DNA from: an uncultured candidate division Zixibacteria bacterium
Lineage (GTDB): Bacteria > Zixibacteria > MSB-5A5 > GN15 > FEB-12
DNA: 64,000 nucleotides
NCBI GenBank assembly: GCA_963664195.1
Contig: OY760907.1
Location: forward strand, 762,459 to 826,458
Reading direction: 5' to 3'
Of this stretch, positions 24,573 to 33,801 are shown in pieces. Both the position numbers and the translations under genes were made by a program. The notes under the pieces were generated by a model, which saw only the letters and a program-made list of their open reading frames with translations, was not told where the DNA came from and ran no database searches. Within the stretch, counting starts at the first letter, position 1. Every line of letters begins with the position of its first letter.

Positions 24573-26903
24573 TTATTCGTTAACATCACTTGCAAAACTT
24601 GATTTCGCCTGCCCCGGCAGCAGGCTCTTGCGGAAAACATAGATAATAGCCGGCAGGAGCAGCATGGTTGTCAATCCGGAGACCACCATAATGGCCAGGA
24701 AGAACGAGCCGACGGTGATATACGGGACCAGTGTGGAGAAGAGCATCGGCACGAAGCCAATCGCGATGACCAGCACGTTTCGACCGATTGCGCGCCCGGT
24801 ACCCTCGAAAATCTCCTTAAACGATTCCTGGAAATCATTTGTCCGGGCGTGGATCATCCTCAGCCGCTGAATGAAGTGGATCGCGAAATCAATCGAAAGA
24901 CCAAGGGTCAATGAAGACAGCACGGCCACCGGCATGTCATACGGCTTGCCGACATAACCGATGAAGGCGTAGATGGCCATAATCGTTATCGACAGCGGCA
25001 GCATCGAAATGATTCCCCACTTGAAAGAGCGGAAGAGGAATATCATCATGATGAACACGACAACGTAGGAGCTCATCAGCGACTTGCCCATGCCGGTAAC
25101 CATCTGATCCTGCCAGGCAACATTGATATACGGCAGCCCAGCCCATTGAGCGGTGACTCCTTCCGGCAGCGGGTGTTCTTCCAGGAAGCGATTGCCTCGC
25201 TCGACCACTTCGGTGACGGCCACGTTGTCGCCTTTCTTGAGCTGTATCCACAGGTTGGCCTTGTTGTAGTATGGCGTAACGAACTTGAACAGGTCATCAG
25301 GGTTGCCCCCGGACATCTCAAACATGAAGAGCATCTGGGCAATCTCGTCCTGTGAGTCCGGAAGCGCGAGTTTAGAGGAATCAGCGCCAAACAGCTCGTA
25401 ACGAACCTTCTTGACAATGTCCGCGAGGCCCGTGGTGGCGCCTACGTTCGGTTCTTTCTCCAGCTCGCGCTGGATCGCCTCTATATACTTCACGACTTCG
25501 GGCGACTTCATACGGTCGTCGTCGTCGCTCTCAAAGACGAGGTAGTTCATGTAAGTACCGGCAAGGTGTTCGTTCATCACCTGGTCGGCGATCCGAATCG
25601 GGTGTGATTCCTTGAACCATTTCACCGGGTTATCGTTTACGACGATTTTCGTCAGACCATAGCCGGACACTGCCACGACGATTATGGCCAGGGCAATGAT
25701 GACCTTTGGTCGTTTCGAGGACACGCGCCGGAATGCTTCCATGAGGCGTGACAACGGTCCTCTGGTCACATCCTGATTAACAAACTTCATCAGGATCTTG
25801 TCCGGAATCAGGATGGCAATCGCCGGATTGATGATCAGCGACAGGAACCAGGCCACAATGATACCGAAGGCAACGAACATACCGAACACGCGAACCGGCG
25901 GTATCGGAGTCAGCGCCAGTGAGATAAATCCGGCAACAGTGGTCAGGGAAGTAAACAGCATCGGCATAAACAACTCACCGATCGAGTGCCGTATTGTATT
26001 GGGCTTGTCCTGGAATTTCTTGTAGCGGTCGCAACACTCGGATAGAATGTGGATTGAGTTAAGCACCGCAATTGGAATCAGGAAGATCGGAATCATCGAG
26101 GACATGATATGCACGGTGAAGCCCATCATGATGAGCAGACCCATCGCCCAGATCACCGACATCATGGCGACGATCATCGGCGCCAGAATCACTCGCCATT
26201 GCTTGAAGAACATAAGCAACAACAGAAAGATGATGAGCATGGCAGCCGGGGCGCTAAACGCCATCTGCGAAAACATTTCTGATCCGAAAGAGTCCTCAGC
26301 CAGCGGCAGACCGGCGATATGATACTCGGCGTCGCCACCGAGACGGTCAATAATCGCCTGGATTTCCGTTGCCACCCGATGCGAGACGTCTTTCGACTCC
26401 AACGGGATGAACAGAGCAATCGTCTTGCCGTCGTCGGAGGCCAATTTGCCCCGAAGAATGGGGTTGTCATGGATACGCCCGAGGATGTACTGAGCCTCTT
26501 CGTCGGTCTCGATCTCATCCGCCATGAGCGGTTCGATGACCAACACGCCCCCAGGCCCCTGCTTGATGTCATCAGTAGTAGAGGGAGCCATGATGTCATC
26601 GACTATCACGCCGTCGATTTCCTCTATCTCGGCGGTAATATTGTATACGCGGTTCAGCAGATCAGCCGTAAAGGCGGTCGGCTCTTGTACAACACCAACA
26701 GCGATGAAATCCGAGAGCGCAAACTCTTCCTTGGTGAAGGAATGGAAGAGCCGTGTCGGCTCGTCCTCTTCCAGCATGTTCTGCGGATCGGTGTCAATCT
26801 TAATCTTGGGGAACTGAAAGGCGAAGAAGACCGTGATCAGCAGCGTCACCCCGATGACAATCCAGGGATGTTTGATCGCGAATTCCGTTAATCCTCTTTT
26901 CAT
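24573..26903 (-). CDS. RND superfamily exporter (MMPL/COG1033, HpnN-like)
   Basis: 776 aa. Two blocks of about 6 TM helices, each preceded by a large periplasmic loop. No adjacent membrane-fusion protein gene. Confidence 0.85.
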   Translation of the reverse strand: MKRGLTEFAIKHPWIVIGVTLLITVFFAFQFPKIKIDTDPQNMLEEDEPTRLFHSFTKEEFALSDFIAVGVVQEPTAFTADLLNRVYNITAEIEEIDGVIVDDIMAPSTTDDIKQGPGGVLVIEPLMADEIETDEEAQYILGRIHDNPILRGKLASDDGKTIALFIPLESKDVSHRVATEIQAIIDRLGGDAEYHIAGLPLAEDSFGSEMFSQMAFSAPAAMLIIFLLLLMFFKQWRVILAPMIVAMMSVIWAMGLLIMMGFTVHIMSSMIPIFLIPIAVLNSIHILSECCDRYKKFQDKPNTIRHSIGELFMPMLFTSLTTVAGFISLALTPIPPVRVFGMFVAFGIIVAWFLSLIINPAIAILIPDKILMKFVNQDVTRGPLSRLMEAFRRVSSKRPKVIIALAIIVVAVSGYGLTKIVVNDNPVKWFKESHPIRIADQVMNEHLAGTYMNYLVFESDDDDRMKSPEVVKYIEAIQRELEKEPNVGATTGLADIVKKVRYELFGADSSKLALPDSQDEIAQMLFMFEMSGGNPDDLFKFVTPYYNKANLWIQLKKGDNVAVTEVVERGNRFLEEHPLPEGVTAQWAGLPYINVAWQDQMVTGMGKSLMSSYVVVFIMMIFLFRSFKWGIISMLPLSITIMAIYAFIGYVGKPYDMPVAVLSSLTLGLSIDFAIHFIQRLRMIHARTNDFQESFKEIFEGTGRAIGRNVLVIAIGFVPMLFSTLVPYITVGSFFLAIMVVSGLTTMLLLPAIIYVFRKSLLPGQAKSSFASDVNE

Positions 26904-27092
26904 ACCGTCGACCTCTCCAATCTACATTTACTCGTTTTCAGATTAGATGGGCACCTGGTCAAAACGATTCAACTTTTCTTGCCGATGCGGCGCAATACCG
27001 TAAGTTGCTGTCATCAGGACGCTTCGGATAGATAATGGACCCGGTGTGCTATATGAGAAGGAAGATAGTGAGTGCGCTTAACGGGAGCAAGT

Positions 27093-27344
27093 CTACTTTT
27101 TGCCGAATTTCTGCTCCCAGCGGGCTTTGAGCAGACCGTTCAAGCGGGACGCCAGTTCCTGAGGAAGGGGCTCTTCTTTGCCCTCACGACATAACTTGAC
27201 CGTCTGTTTGAGAGTATCGATCATAATGCGACAGTTTTCGCACTGCCCGAGGTGTTTCTCGATTTCAGCGCAAATGGAACCGTCGAGAGTACCGTCAAGA
27301 TAGTCGTTTAGCTCGCTTACGTAGTCGGGGCATTTATGTCCCAT
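27093..27344 (-). CDS. anti-sigma factor (zf-HC2 type)
   Basis: The ATG at 27344 is internal to ORF 27093-27431. 'CPDYVSELNDYLDGTLDGSICAEIEKHLGQCENC' is the H-x3-C-x2-C zinc-binding anti-sigma motif. It overlaps the sigma gene by 11 nt. Confidence 0.75.
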   Translation of the reverse strand: MGHKCPDYVSELNDYLDGTLDGSICAEIEKHLGQCENCRIMIDTLKQTVKLCREGKEEPLPQELASRLNGLLKARWEQKFGKK

Positions 27345-27936
27345 GTTGTACCTCAAAAAGTGCCGAGAGTTGTTCCCGGAGGGCGAGTCGTGCCCTGAGG
27401 ATTCTGGATTTTGTTGCGGCCTCTGATTCATTGATCGCCTCAGCGACTTCCTTCACCGACAGTTCCTCTACATACCTTAGCACAAACGCCTCACGGTATT
27501 TGTACGGTAACTCAGCTACCAGTCGGTGGATGGCATCACGGAGCTGTTCGTTTTCGAGTAACTGCTCCGGGTTGTTCCAATCCGAGAGCATTCGGCTTTC
27601 AGCCCGCATGCCCTGATCGTTGTGTCCACCGGGCAGATAATCCTCAATCGGCTTCAACTCTGCCTGTTTGCGTTTGGCGAACAGAGCACGGGCCTGGTTC
27701 AGAGCAATACTGTAAAGCCAAGTGCCAAACGACGATTCCAGCCGAAACTGATCGATCTTATCAATAGCTTTCAGGAACGTATCCTGAACAATATCCTCAG
27801 CATCTTCAGTATTCCCGGAGAGCTTTCTGGCCAGCCCGTAGATCTTGTCCTGATGGGCCTGAATCAACTCCGTGAAGGCCGAAAAATCACCGGCCTGAGC
27901 CTGCTGTACTAACCTCTTTTCATCCATTGGATACAA
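27334..27936 (-). CDS. ECF (sigma-70 family group IV) RNA polymerase sigma factor
   Basis: 200 aa. Region 2 'DAEDIVQDTFLKA' and region 4 'ELSVKEVAEAINESEATKSRILRAR'. Confidence 0.85.
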   Translation of the reverse strand: MYPMDEKRLVQQAQAGDFSAFTELIQAHQDKIYGLARKLSGNTEDAEDIVQDTFLKAIDKIDQFRLESSFGTWLYSIALNQARALFAKRKQAELKPIEDYLPGGHNDQGMRAESRMLSDWNNPEQLLENEQLRDAIHRLVAELPYKYREAFVLRYVEELSVKEVAEAINESEAATKSRILRARLALREQLSALFEVQHGT

Positions 27937-28153
27937 TATACGTTAAAGTGATTCAAAGAAAAGCCCCGGTTTCAGCAAAAACCGGCTACGCCTAACATCG
28001 GAAATGACACCGGAAGTAAACGGTCTTTAGGTTTTCTTGCGGGAGAAAAATAAAAACCACAAATTTGGAAACTTTTCCCCGCTCAAGATTGTAATTGAAT
28101 ATGCTGGCGGTGATGATTCTGCATACCTGTACTGCAACGTGCCGCCCATATAG

Positions 28154-28193
28154 CCCCGTGCCGATCCCCCTCCCCCCCGGTGCGGGGTTTTTT
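28154..28193 (+). terminator. orphan intrinsic-terminator-like hairpin in a divergent intergenic region
   Basis: CCCCGTGCC / GGTGCGGGG stem (2 G-U pairs), a C-rich 16-nt loop, then TTTTTT. No annotated plus-strand gene lies upstream. Confidence 0.4.
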
Positions 28194-28290
28194 ATGCGGA
28201 AAATCGAACGGCAAATCAAGCAAGATTCGGGTGGAATTCACGCCAGCATAGGTTACATTCAGTGACAACAGTCAAACGGCGGAGAAGCAA

Positions 28291-29145
28291 GTGCACTCAG
28301 GCATCGGCGAACAGAAGTCAGAGGACTACCGAAAAATCGAAAGCGCGATTCGTTTCATTGAATCTGAATTCCAGTCTCAGCCAAACCTGGAGGAAATCGC
28401 CTCCTCCGTTCACCTGAGCAGGTTCCACTTCGATAGGCTGTTCAAACGATGGGCCGGGATTAGCCCCATTCAGTTTTTGCAGTCTCTTACGCTCGACTAC
28501 ACCAAACAGAGACTTGCCGAATCGGCCAGCGTGCTCGACGCCTCTCTGGATGCTGGTCTCTCCGGTCCGGGCAGACTGCACGACCTGTTTGTCACTTTCG
28601 ACGGTCTCACTCCGGGTGAGTTCAAACGGCAGGCGATTGGATTGGACGTATCGTACGGCTGGTGTCCCTCCCCTTTTGGGGAGTGTCTGATCGGGGCCAC
28701 GAACCGGGGACTCTGCTTTCTCGGGTTTGTCGGCGAGGATCGCGACGATTCCTTCCATCAACTCCTTGGGACCGTGCCGCGGGCGTGCTTTGTAGAGCGA
28801 CCTGACGTCATCAAGCCAATTGCCGCAGGCATTTTCGATCTCCGCAGGGCCGACACCACACGGCCGTTCACGCTGCATCTCAAAGGAACGAATTTCCAGT
28901 TCAGAGTCTGGAAAGCTCTTCTGGGCATCCCCGAGGGTCGAGTTGTCACCTATCAGGATATAGCCCGACATATCGGCCACCCTGAGGCGCACAGGGCAGT
29001 TGCAAATGCGGTCGCGGTGAACCCGGTTTCGTACCTGATCCCCTGCCATCGGGTGATTGCCAAATCTGGAAGGATTCATAAATATCGCTGGGGTTCTGCA
29101 CGCAAAAAAGTGCTGGTTGCCTTTGAAGCGGCGAGAACGGCATGA
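28291..29145 (+). CDS. AraC-type HTH regulator fused to methylated-DNA-protein-cysteine methyltransferase (Ada/Ogt-like)
   Basis: 284 aa. An N-terminal AraC HTH (LEEIASSVHLSRFHFDRLFKRWAGISP) and a C-terminal MGMT active site 'IPCHRVIAKSG'. Confidence 0.85.
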   Translation: MHSGIGEQKSEDYRKIESAIRFIESEFQSQPNLEEIASSVHLSRFHFDRLFKRWAGISPIQFLQSLTLDYTKQRLAESASVLDASLDAGLSGPGRLHDLFVTFDGLTPGEFKRQAIGLDVSYGWCPSPFGECLIGATNRGLCFLGFVGEDRDDSFHQLLGTVPRACFVERPDVIKPIAAGIFDLRRADTTRPFTLHLKGTNFQFRVWKALLGIPEGRVVTYQDIARHIGHPEAHRAVANAVAVNPVSYLIPCHRVIAKSGRIHKYRWGSARKKVLVAFEAARTA

Positions 29146-29206
29146 AACTGTCGCGTCCGGGGTAGAACCCCGACGCTCACGACTATGGTATGGGCTCCAC
29201 AGAAGA

Positions 29207-29233
29207 TAGGTCGAAACTCCCACAGTTTCGACA
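29207..29233 (+). repeat. REP-like hairpin, family 1
   Basis: taggtcgaaactcccacagtttcgaca. A perfect 9-bp stem between the convergent Ada-like and NmrA-like genes. Confidence 0.85.
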
Positions 29234-29343
29234 TCATTCGGCCAAAACCCCAAGGGTTTTGACCCACTAAACCTGCGATCTTTGATACACAGCATAAAGA
29301 AGCCGCCGGCGAAACACCGACGGCTCAGAGGTAAGACTGAGGG

Positions 29344-30237
29344 TTAGTTCTTGATTTTCAGGGCCGGCACAATGACGCTGGCCGCAAAATTCTCCAGAGT
29401 GGTCGGAGTCGTGGACTCGTTGGTTCGAGGCGAATCGGATTTCAATTCACCCCGATCCAGGGCATCATACATTTGCACGAATTGGTCCGCCACATTTCTA
29501 CTGGCGCCCATTCCGGTCAGGGAGCTAATAGCCTCCTGCGGCGTAATCTGAACGTAGTTGACCGCTTGACCAACCGCGGTGCCGATTATACTGGCCGCCT
29601 CGTCGAATGTGTATTCACGAGGACCGTGCAGCGGAACGACATTGGTCCCGGAAAAACCGGTATTGATCGTGTTTACCGCAGCCACCGCCACATCCTCAGT
29701 GGCGATCATCGGAATCTTGGTGTTGCCCTTAATCGGCAGACTGATGCTGTTGGTCCGCGTGATATTGGGAACTTCGGTCAGGAAGTTCTCCATGAAGTAG
29801 CTGGGACGGAGAATCGTCAGGTTGTCACAAACGTTCTTGAACCGTTCCTCGGTTTCATGAAGCGAGGTTATCGGCCCTAACTCACCGGTAGTGAGATGTG
29901 CACCCGCAGACGACAACAGAATAACACTCTTGATCTTGTTGTTGCGAATAGCGTTGGTGGCATTGTCGGCCAGAGTCATCTCGAATGCATCCAGATCAGT
30001 CGCTGTCAGATCGACCGGATTGATCCAGAAGAGCATATCGACTCCCTTGGTCGCCTTCTGCACATAACTGCTGTCGGTCAGGTCTCCCTTGATAATGGTT
30101 ACGCCCCGCTTCTTCTCGTCCTTGAGCCTCGAAGGATTCCTCGCCAGAAGAACCAGCTCATGGCCGCCTTCATCAAGAAGTCTGTTGACTACCTTGCGCC
30201 CGATTTTCCCTGTCGGGGTGGTAATTGCGATCTTCAT
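29344..30237 (-). CDS. NmrA-like NAD(P)-binding oxidoreductase family protein
   Basis: The ATG at 30237 follows GGAGAGG and gives MKIAITTPTGKIGRKVVNRLL (Rossmann GxxGxxG-like). 297 aa. Confidence 0.7.
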   Translation of the reverse strand: MKIAITTPTGKIGRKVVNRLLDEGGHELVLLARNPSRLKDEKKRGVTIIKGDLTDSSYVQKATKGVDMLFWINPVDLTATDLDAFEMTLADNATNAIRNNKIKSVILLSSAGAHLTTGELGPITSLHETEERFKNVCDNLTILRPSYFMENFLTEVPNITRTNSISLPIKGNTKIPMIATEDVAVAAVNTINTGFSGTNVVPLHGPREYTFDEAASIIGTAVGQAVNYVQITPQEAISSLTGMGASRNVADQFVQMYDALDRGELKSDSPRTNESTTPTTLENFAASVIVPALKIKN

Positions 30238-30484
30238 AAAGCCTCTCCTTTTGTTTTGATCCGCCGTCAGGACTTTCACGCGCCACGCCCCCCTCGGCTG
30301 GTGCGTGGGGCCTCAACAAGTCCAAATAGGCTGCATCAGTCCTTTTGGCAGAATACTTGTTTGTCGTACAGACAAAGGGATATACGCGAAAACAGCTGTT
30401 AATCATGGGACTAACAGGGGTTAACGGGCTCCGGGAGTCGTATCCTGTCGAAAAATCGACCGGCGACAGGAAGTGTCAGATTAT

Positions 30485-30529
30485 GACAAAAAGAGCGCGG
30501 GTGGGCAGAGCTCAAGGCTGACCGCCCGC
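30485..30529 (-). terminator. putative intrinsic terminator of asnS
   Basis: An 8-bp stem GCGGGCGG/CCACCCGC (1 wobble) on the minus strand, followed by GCTCTTTTTGTC. It lies 22 nt after the asnS stop. Confidence 0.6.
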
Positions 30530-30550
30530 AAAGGCTTACCCGATTGCAAC

Positions 30551-31948
30551 TTAGAACTTTGCCCAGCGCGGCACGCGGGGGAACGGGGCAACATCGCGGA
30601 TGTTACTCATGCCGGTGATGTACATGACGGCCCGGTCAAAGCCCAGCCCAAATCCAGAGTGAGGAACCGTGCCCCACTTGCGAATATCCAGGTACCAGAA
30701 GTAGTTATCCAGGTCGTTGATGCCTTTTGATTTCATCCGGTCGACAAGAACGTCGTATCGATCTTCTCGCTGGGAACCGCCGATGATTTCGCCGATCTTG
30801 GGGACAAGGACGTCCATCGCTCCGACAGTCTTGCCATCATCGTTGACCTTCATATAAAAGGACTTGATCTTCTCCGGGTAATCATACACGATCACGGGCT
30901 TCTTGAACGTCTTCTCGGTCAAGTATCGCTCGTGCTCGGACTGAAGGTCCACACCCCACTTCACTGGAAATTCAAACTTGTCACCGGCTTTCTCCAAAAC
31001 CTTGATTGCCTCGGTGTATGTGATCCGCTCGAATTCCGAGTTGACAACATGTTCAAGCATCTGGTGCAGTTCTTTGTCGATCCACTTGCCGAAAAACGCC
31101 ATTTCGTCGGCACAGTCTTCGAGGGCAAACCGCAGGAGATACTTCAGGAAATCCTCGGCCAAATCCATGTTGTCGGAGTTTTCCGCCCAGGCCATTTCCG
31201 GTTCGATCATCCAAAACTCAGACGCGTGGCGGCTGGTGTTTGAGTTTTCGGCACGGAAAGTCGGGCCAAACGTATAGATATCGCCCAAAGCCGTGGCCAG
31301 TAGCTCGCCCTCAAGCTGACCCGACACCGTAAGGTAGGCCTCGGCACCGAAGAAATCAGCGTCCCAGTCGATCCCGCCGTCCTTCATGGGTACGTTCTTG
31401 AAATCGAACGTGGAAACGCGGAACAGATCACCTGCCCCCTCGCAGTCTGAGGCAGAGATCAGTGGCGTCTGGATATAATAGAAGTCACGCTCCTGATAGA
31501 ACTTGTGCACGGCATACGCCAGTTTGGACCGAATCCGATTGACGGCACCAAAGGTGTTCGTTCGAGGACGCAAGTGAGCGATCTCACGAAGGAACTCGAA
31601 ACTATGCCGCTTCTTTTGCAACGGGTAGCTCTGATCAGCCTCACCGACCAGATCCACCGACTCAACCGCCAATTCGTATTTCTGTCCTTTGGCCGGAGAC
31701 TCAATTAGCTTGCCTCTCAAGCGTACCGAGGCACCGGTGAGAATCTTGTCCAGCACCGGAAAGTTATCCGGCTCGCCGATAACGCCCTGAATATTCCCCA
31801 TGCAGGACCCGTCGTTGACCTCCAGAAAAGCGACTGACTTGCTTACGCGGGCGGTTCGGATCCAACCGAGTATGGTAACGTCACTGTTTAGCTCCACGGC
31901 GTCGTCGAGCAGTATTCTTGCGATTTTCGTTCTACTTCTGTAATCCAC
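30551..31948 (-). CDS. asnS: asparagine--tRNA ligase
   Basis: 465 aa. An N-terminal OB fold (GWIRTARVSKSVAFLEVNDGS), class II motifs (FRAENSNTSRHASEFWMIEPE, GFGLGFDR) and the C-terminal FPR.P...F. Confidence 0.9.
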   Translation of the reverse strand: MDYRSRTKIARILLDDAVELNSDVTILGWIRTARVSKSVAFLEVNDGSCMGNIQGVIGEPDNFPVLDKILTGASVRLRGKLIESPAKGQKYELAVESVDLVGEADQSYPLQKKRHSFEFLREIAHLRPRTNTFGAVNRIRSKLAYAVHKFYQERDFYYIQTPLISASDCEGAGDLFRVSTFDFKNVPMKDGGIDWDADFFGAEAYLTVSGQLEGELLATALGDIYTFGPTFRAENSNTSRHASEFWMIEPEMAWAENSDNMDLAEDFLKYLLRFALEDCADEMAFFGKWIDKELHQMLEHVVNSEFERITYTEAIKVLEKAGDKFEFPVKWGVDLQSEHERYLTEKTFKKPVIVYDYPEKIKSFYMKVNDDGKTVGAMDVLVPKIGEIIGGSQREDRYDVLVDRMKSKGINDLDNYFWYLDIRKWGTVPHSGFGLGFDRAVMYITGMSNIRDVAPFPRVPRWAKF

Positions 31949-32250
31949 GGCGGCACCTCTCTAGTTCGTCCTGAGATAAACCCGGCTGAAGCCTGATGTA
32001 TCGAAGTCACAAAAATAGCAGAATAATCGAAAGGCGCAAGGACTGAGTTTGCGACCAAAACTGGCAGAGAGCGAAAAACGGAGAAATGGGTCAAAAAAGT
32101 GGAACAAATTTATCCGGCTCTGCGTATTAATCATACACACACACTGAAGTTCTTGAAAGCAACGCAGTTTCCCAACCTATCATTCAACCTGCGGCCGCTG
32201 ACCCTTCTCCAGGGTCGGCGGTTTCTTTTTGTGGAGACCGGACAAAGCTT

Positions 32251-32285
32251 GGCCGGACGCCTGCACATTCCGCAGGCGTCCGGCC
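32251..32285 (-). terminator. strong hairpin downstream of the CZB chemoreceptor gene
   Basis: A perfect 14-bp stem GGCCGGACGCCTGC/GCAGGCGTCCGGCC with a 7-nt loop, 32 nt after the stop at 32317. The U-tract is weak. Confidence 0.55.
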
Positions 32286-32316
32286 TTCTCTGTTCCAAAG
32301 AGGCGTACCTGTGCGT

Positions 32317-33801
32317 TTATGATCTGGAAGCTTCGGCAGTATGCGCCTCGATAGCCCTCTTCAGCAGATCGCATTTCCCTGTAACTTCGCGGGAGGCGTC
32401 AGTCGCTTGTGCTAGAAGCCTCTCGGCCCGCGTCTTCTCTGAAGCGTGGACGGCGGCAACACAATCATTAGCAAACTTGTGAACAGCAGCGTGCGACGAT
32501 TCCGTATCCTTGAACTCAGCCAAGGAACCGTAATCTTCGATTCCGTCGGAGTAGTACCACTTACCGAAACGGCAGTTATGGTGATCGAATGTTTTCCAGG
32601 TAGAGACATCCCCTCCGCCACTGATGATCTTATCCAACTGCTTCATGTAGCGCCCGTGATCTTCTTTGGCCAACTGCAAAATGCCGGTGTTACCGCCGAC
32701 TATCTTGAACTTGCCGACCATTGTGCGCATGTTTTCCGCATTGTGGCTGAGTTGATCGGCAGCGGACTGTTCCGCCCCGGAGGCGTTCTCTCGGGTCACC
32801 GACGCCACATACTCGATATTCTTTGAAATCTGTTCAGCCGCTACCGATTGCTCCTCACTGGCGGTTGCTATCTGTTGGATCATATCCATGACACTCTGAG
32901 ACATGTTCACCACTTCCTGAAGGCTGCCCCCTGCCTGATCGACCAGCTCGCGACCCTTGTCGACCTCGGATACGCCTGACTCCATCGAATCGACCGCTCT
33001 GGAAGTTTCTTTCTGGATACCCTGGATCATGCCGGTAATCTCGCCGGTCGCTTTGCCGGTGCGCTCGGCCAACTTGCGGACCTCATCAGCCACAACGGCA
33101 AAACCACGCCCTTGTTCACCGGCACGGGCGGCCTCAATCGCAGCATTCAGAGCCAGTAAATTCGTCTGGTCAGCGATGTCGTCGATAACGCTGGTTATTT
33201 CGCCGATCTGATCGGCAGACTGTGCCAGCTTGCCGATGGAACTTGCCGACTCACGAACGACCTCGGCTATGCGCTGCATGCCGGATATTGTGTCTGCTAC
33301 TGCCTTACCGCCGACGGTGGCGGTGTCGGAAGCACTTCTCGAGGAATCGGAAGCATCACTGGCATTCCGTGAGGCCTCGACGATAGTGGATGACATTTGC
33401 TCAATGGCCGTAGATATCTGATCAACCTGCCCCGATTGATCCTTGGCTCCCCTGCTCATCTGCTCAGAGGACGCTGCAATCTCGGTCGCGGCAGACACGA
33501 TTTCCCGGGAGTTGTCGGACAGCTCACGAACCATCGTATTCAGATTCTCGGTCATTCGGTTCATCGAGTCCGCCATGTGCCCTTTCGTCTCCAGGGTTGC
33601 GGCAATTGCACGTACCAGAATCCCTATTTCGTCTTTGGCCTCTGTCACGCCAATCTGAATATCAGTTCTGGGCACGTGCCTGGTAAGATCGTTATCAGCG
33701 ATGGCATCCAGGACACTCTCGAATTCGGTGAACTCGTTTGTCATCGATTTCGTAGCTTCCACCACTTGCGATACCGGCCTTACAATGTTCCGGGTGATCA
33801 C
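32317..33801 (-). CDS. methyl-accepting chemotaxis protein, cytoplasmic portion (HAMP + signalling domain + C-terminal CZB)
   Basis: 494 aa, starting at a GTG immediately after an in-frame TGA. HAMP-like '[17 protein letters not shown]', then the MCP hairpin '[38 protein letters not shown]'. The C-terminus carries a full CZB motif (HGRY..CRFGKW..HAAVH). Confidence 0.85.
   Translation of the reverse strand: MITRNIVRPVSQVVEATKSMTNEFTEFESVLDAIADNDLTRHVPRTDIQIGVTEAKDEIGILVRAIAATLETKGHMADSMNRMTENLNTMVRELSDNSREIVSAATEIAASSEQMSRGAKDQSGQVDQISTAIEQMSSTIVEASRNASDASDSSRSASDTATVGGKAVADTISGMQRIAEVVRESASSIGKLAQSADQIGEITSVIDDIADQTNLLALNAAIEAARAGEQGRGFAVVADEVRKLAERTGKATGEITGMIQGIQKETSRAVDSMESGVSEVDKGRELVDQAGGSLQEVVNMSQSVMDMIQQIATASEEQSVAAEQISKNIEYVASVTRENASGAEQSAADQLSHNAENMRTMVGKFKIVGGNTGILQLAKEDHGRYMKQLDKIISGGGDVSTWKTFDHHNCRFGKWYYSDGIEDYGSLAEFKDTESSHAAVHKFANDCVAAVHASEKTRAERLLAQATDASREVTGKCDLLKRAIEAHTAEASRS

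Noticed and set aside
26904-27092. ECF-dependent promoter upstream of the RND gene
   Set aside because: One is expected biologically. However, I could not find a convincing GGAAC/TGAAAC-N16-CGT-type pair or a good sigma70 pair by eye, so none is reported as a feature.
28318-29295. 325-aa minus-strand ORF
   Set aside because: It is antisense to the Ada/Ogt-like gene, which carries the diagnostic PCHRV active site. It also runs across the family-1 REP hairpin.
33030-33240. DNA repeat shared with 35075-35290, considered as recent duplication or gene conversion between the two MCP genes
   Set aside because: By eye the identity is only about 80%, with mostly synonymous-type differences. This is the universally conserved MCP signalling hairpin under purifying selection, not a recent repeat.
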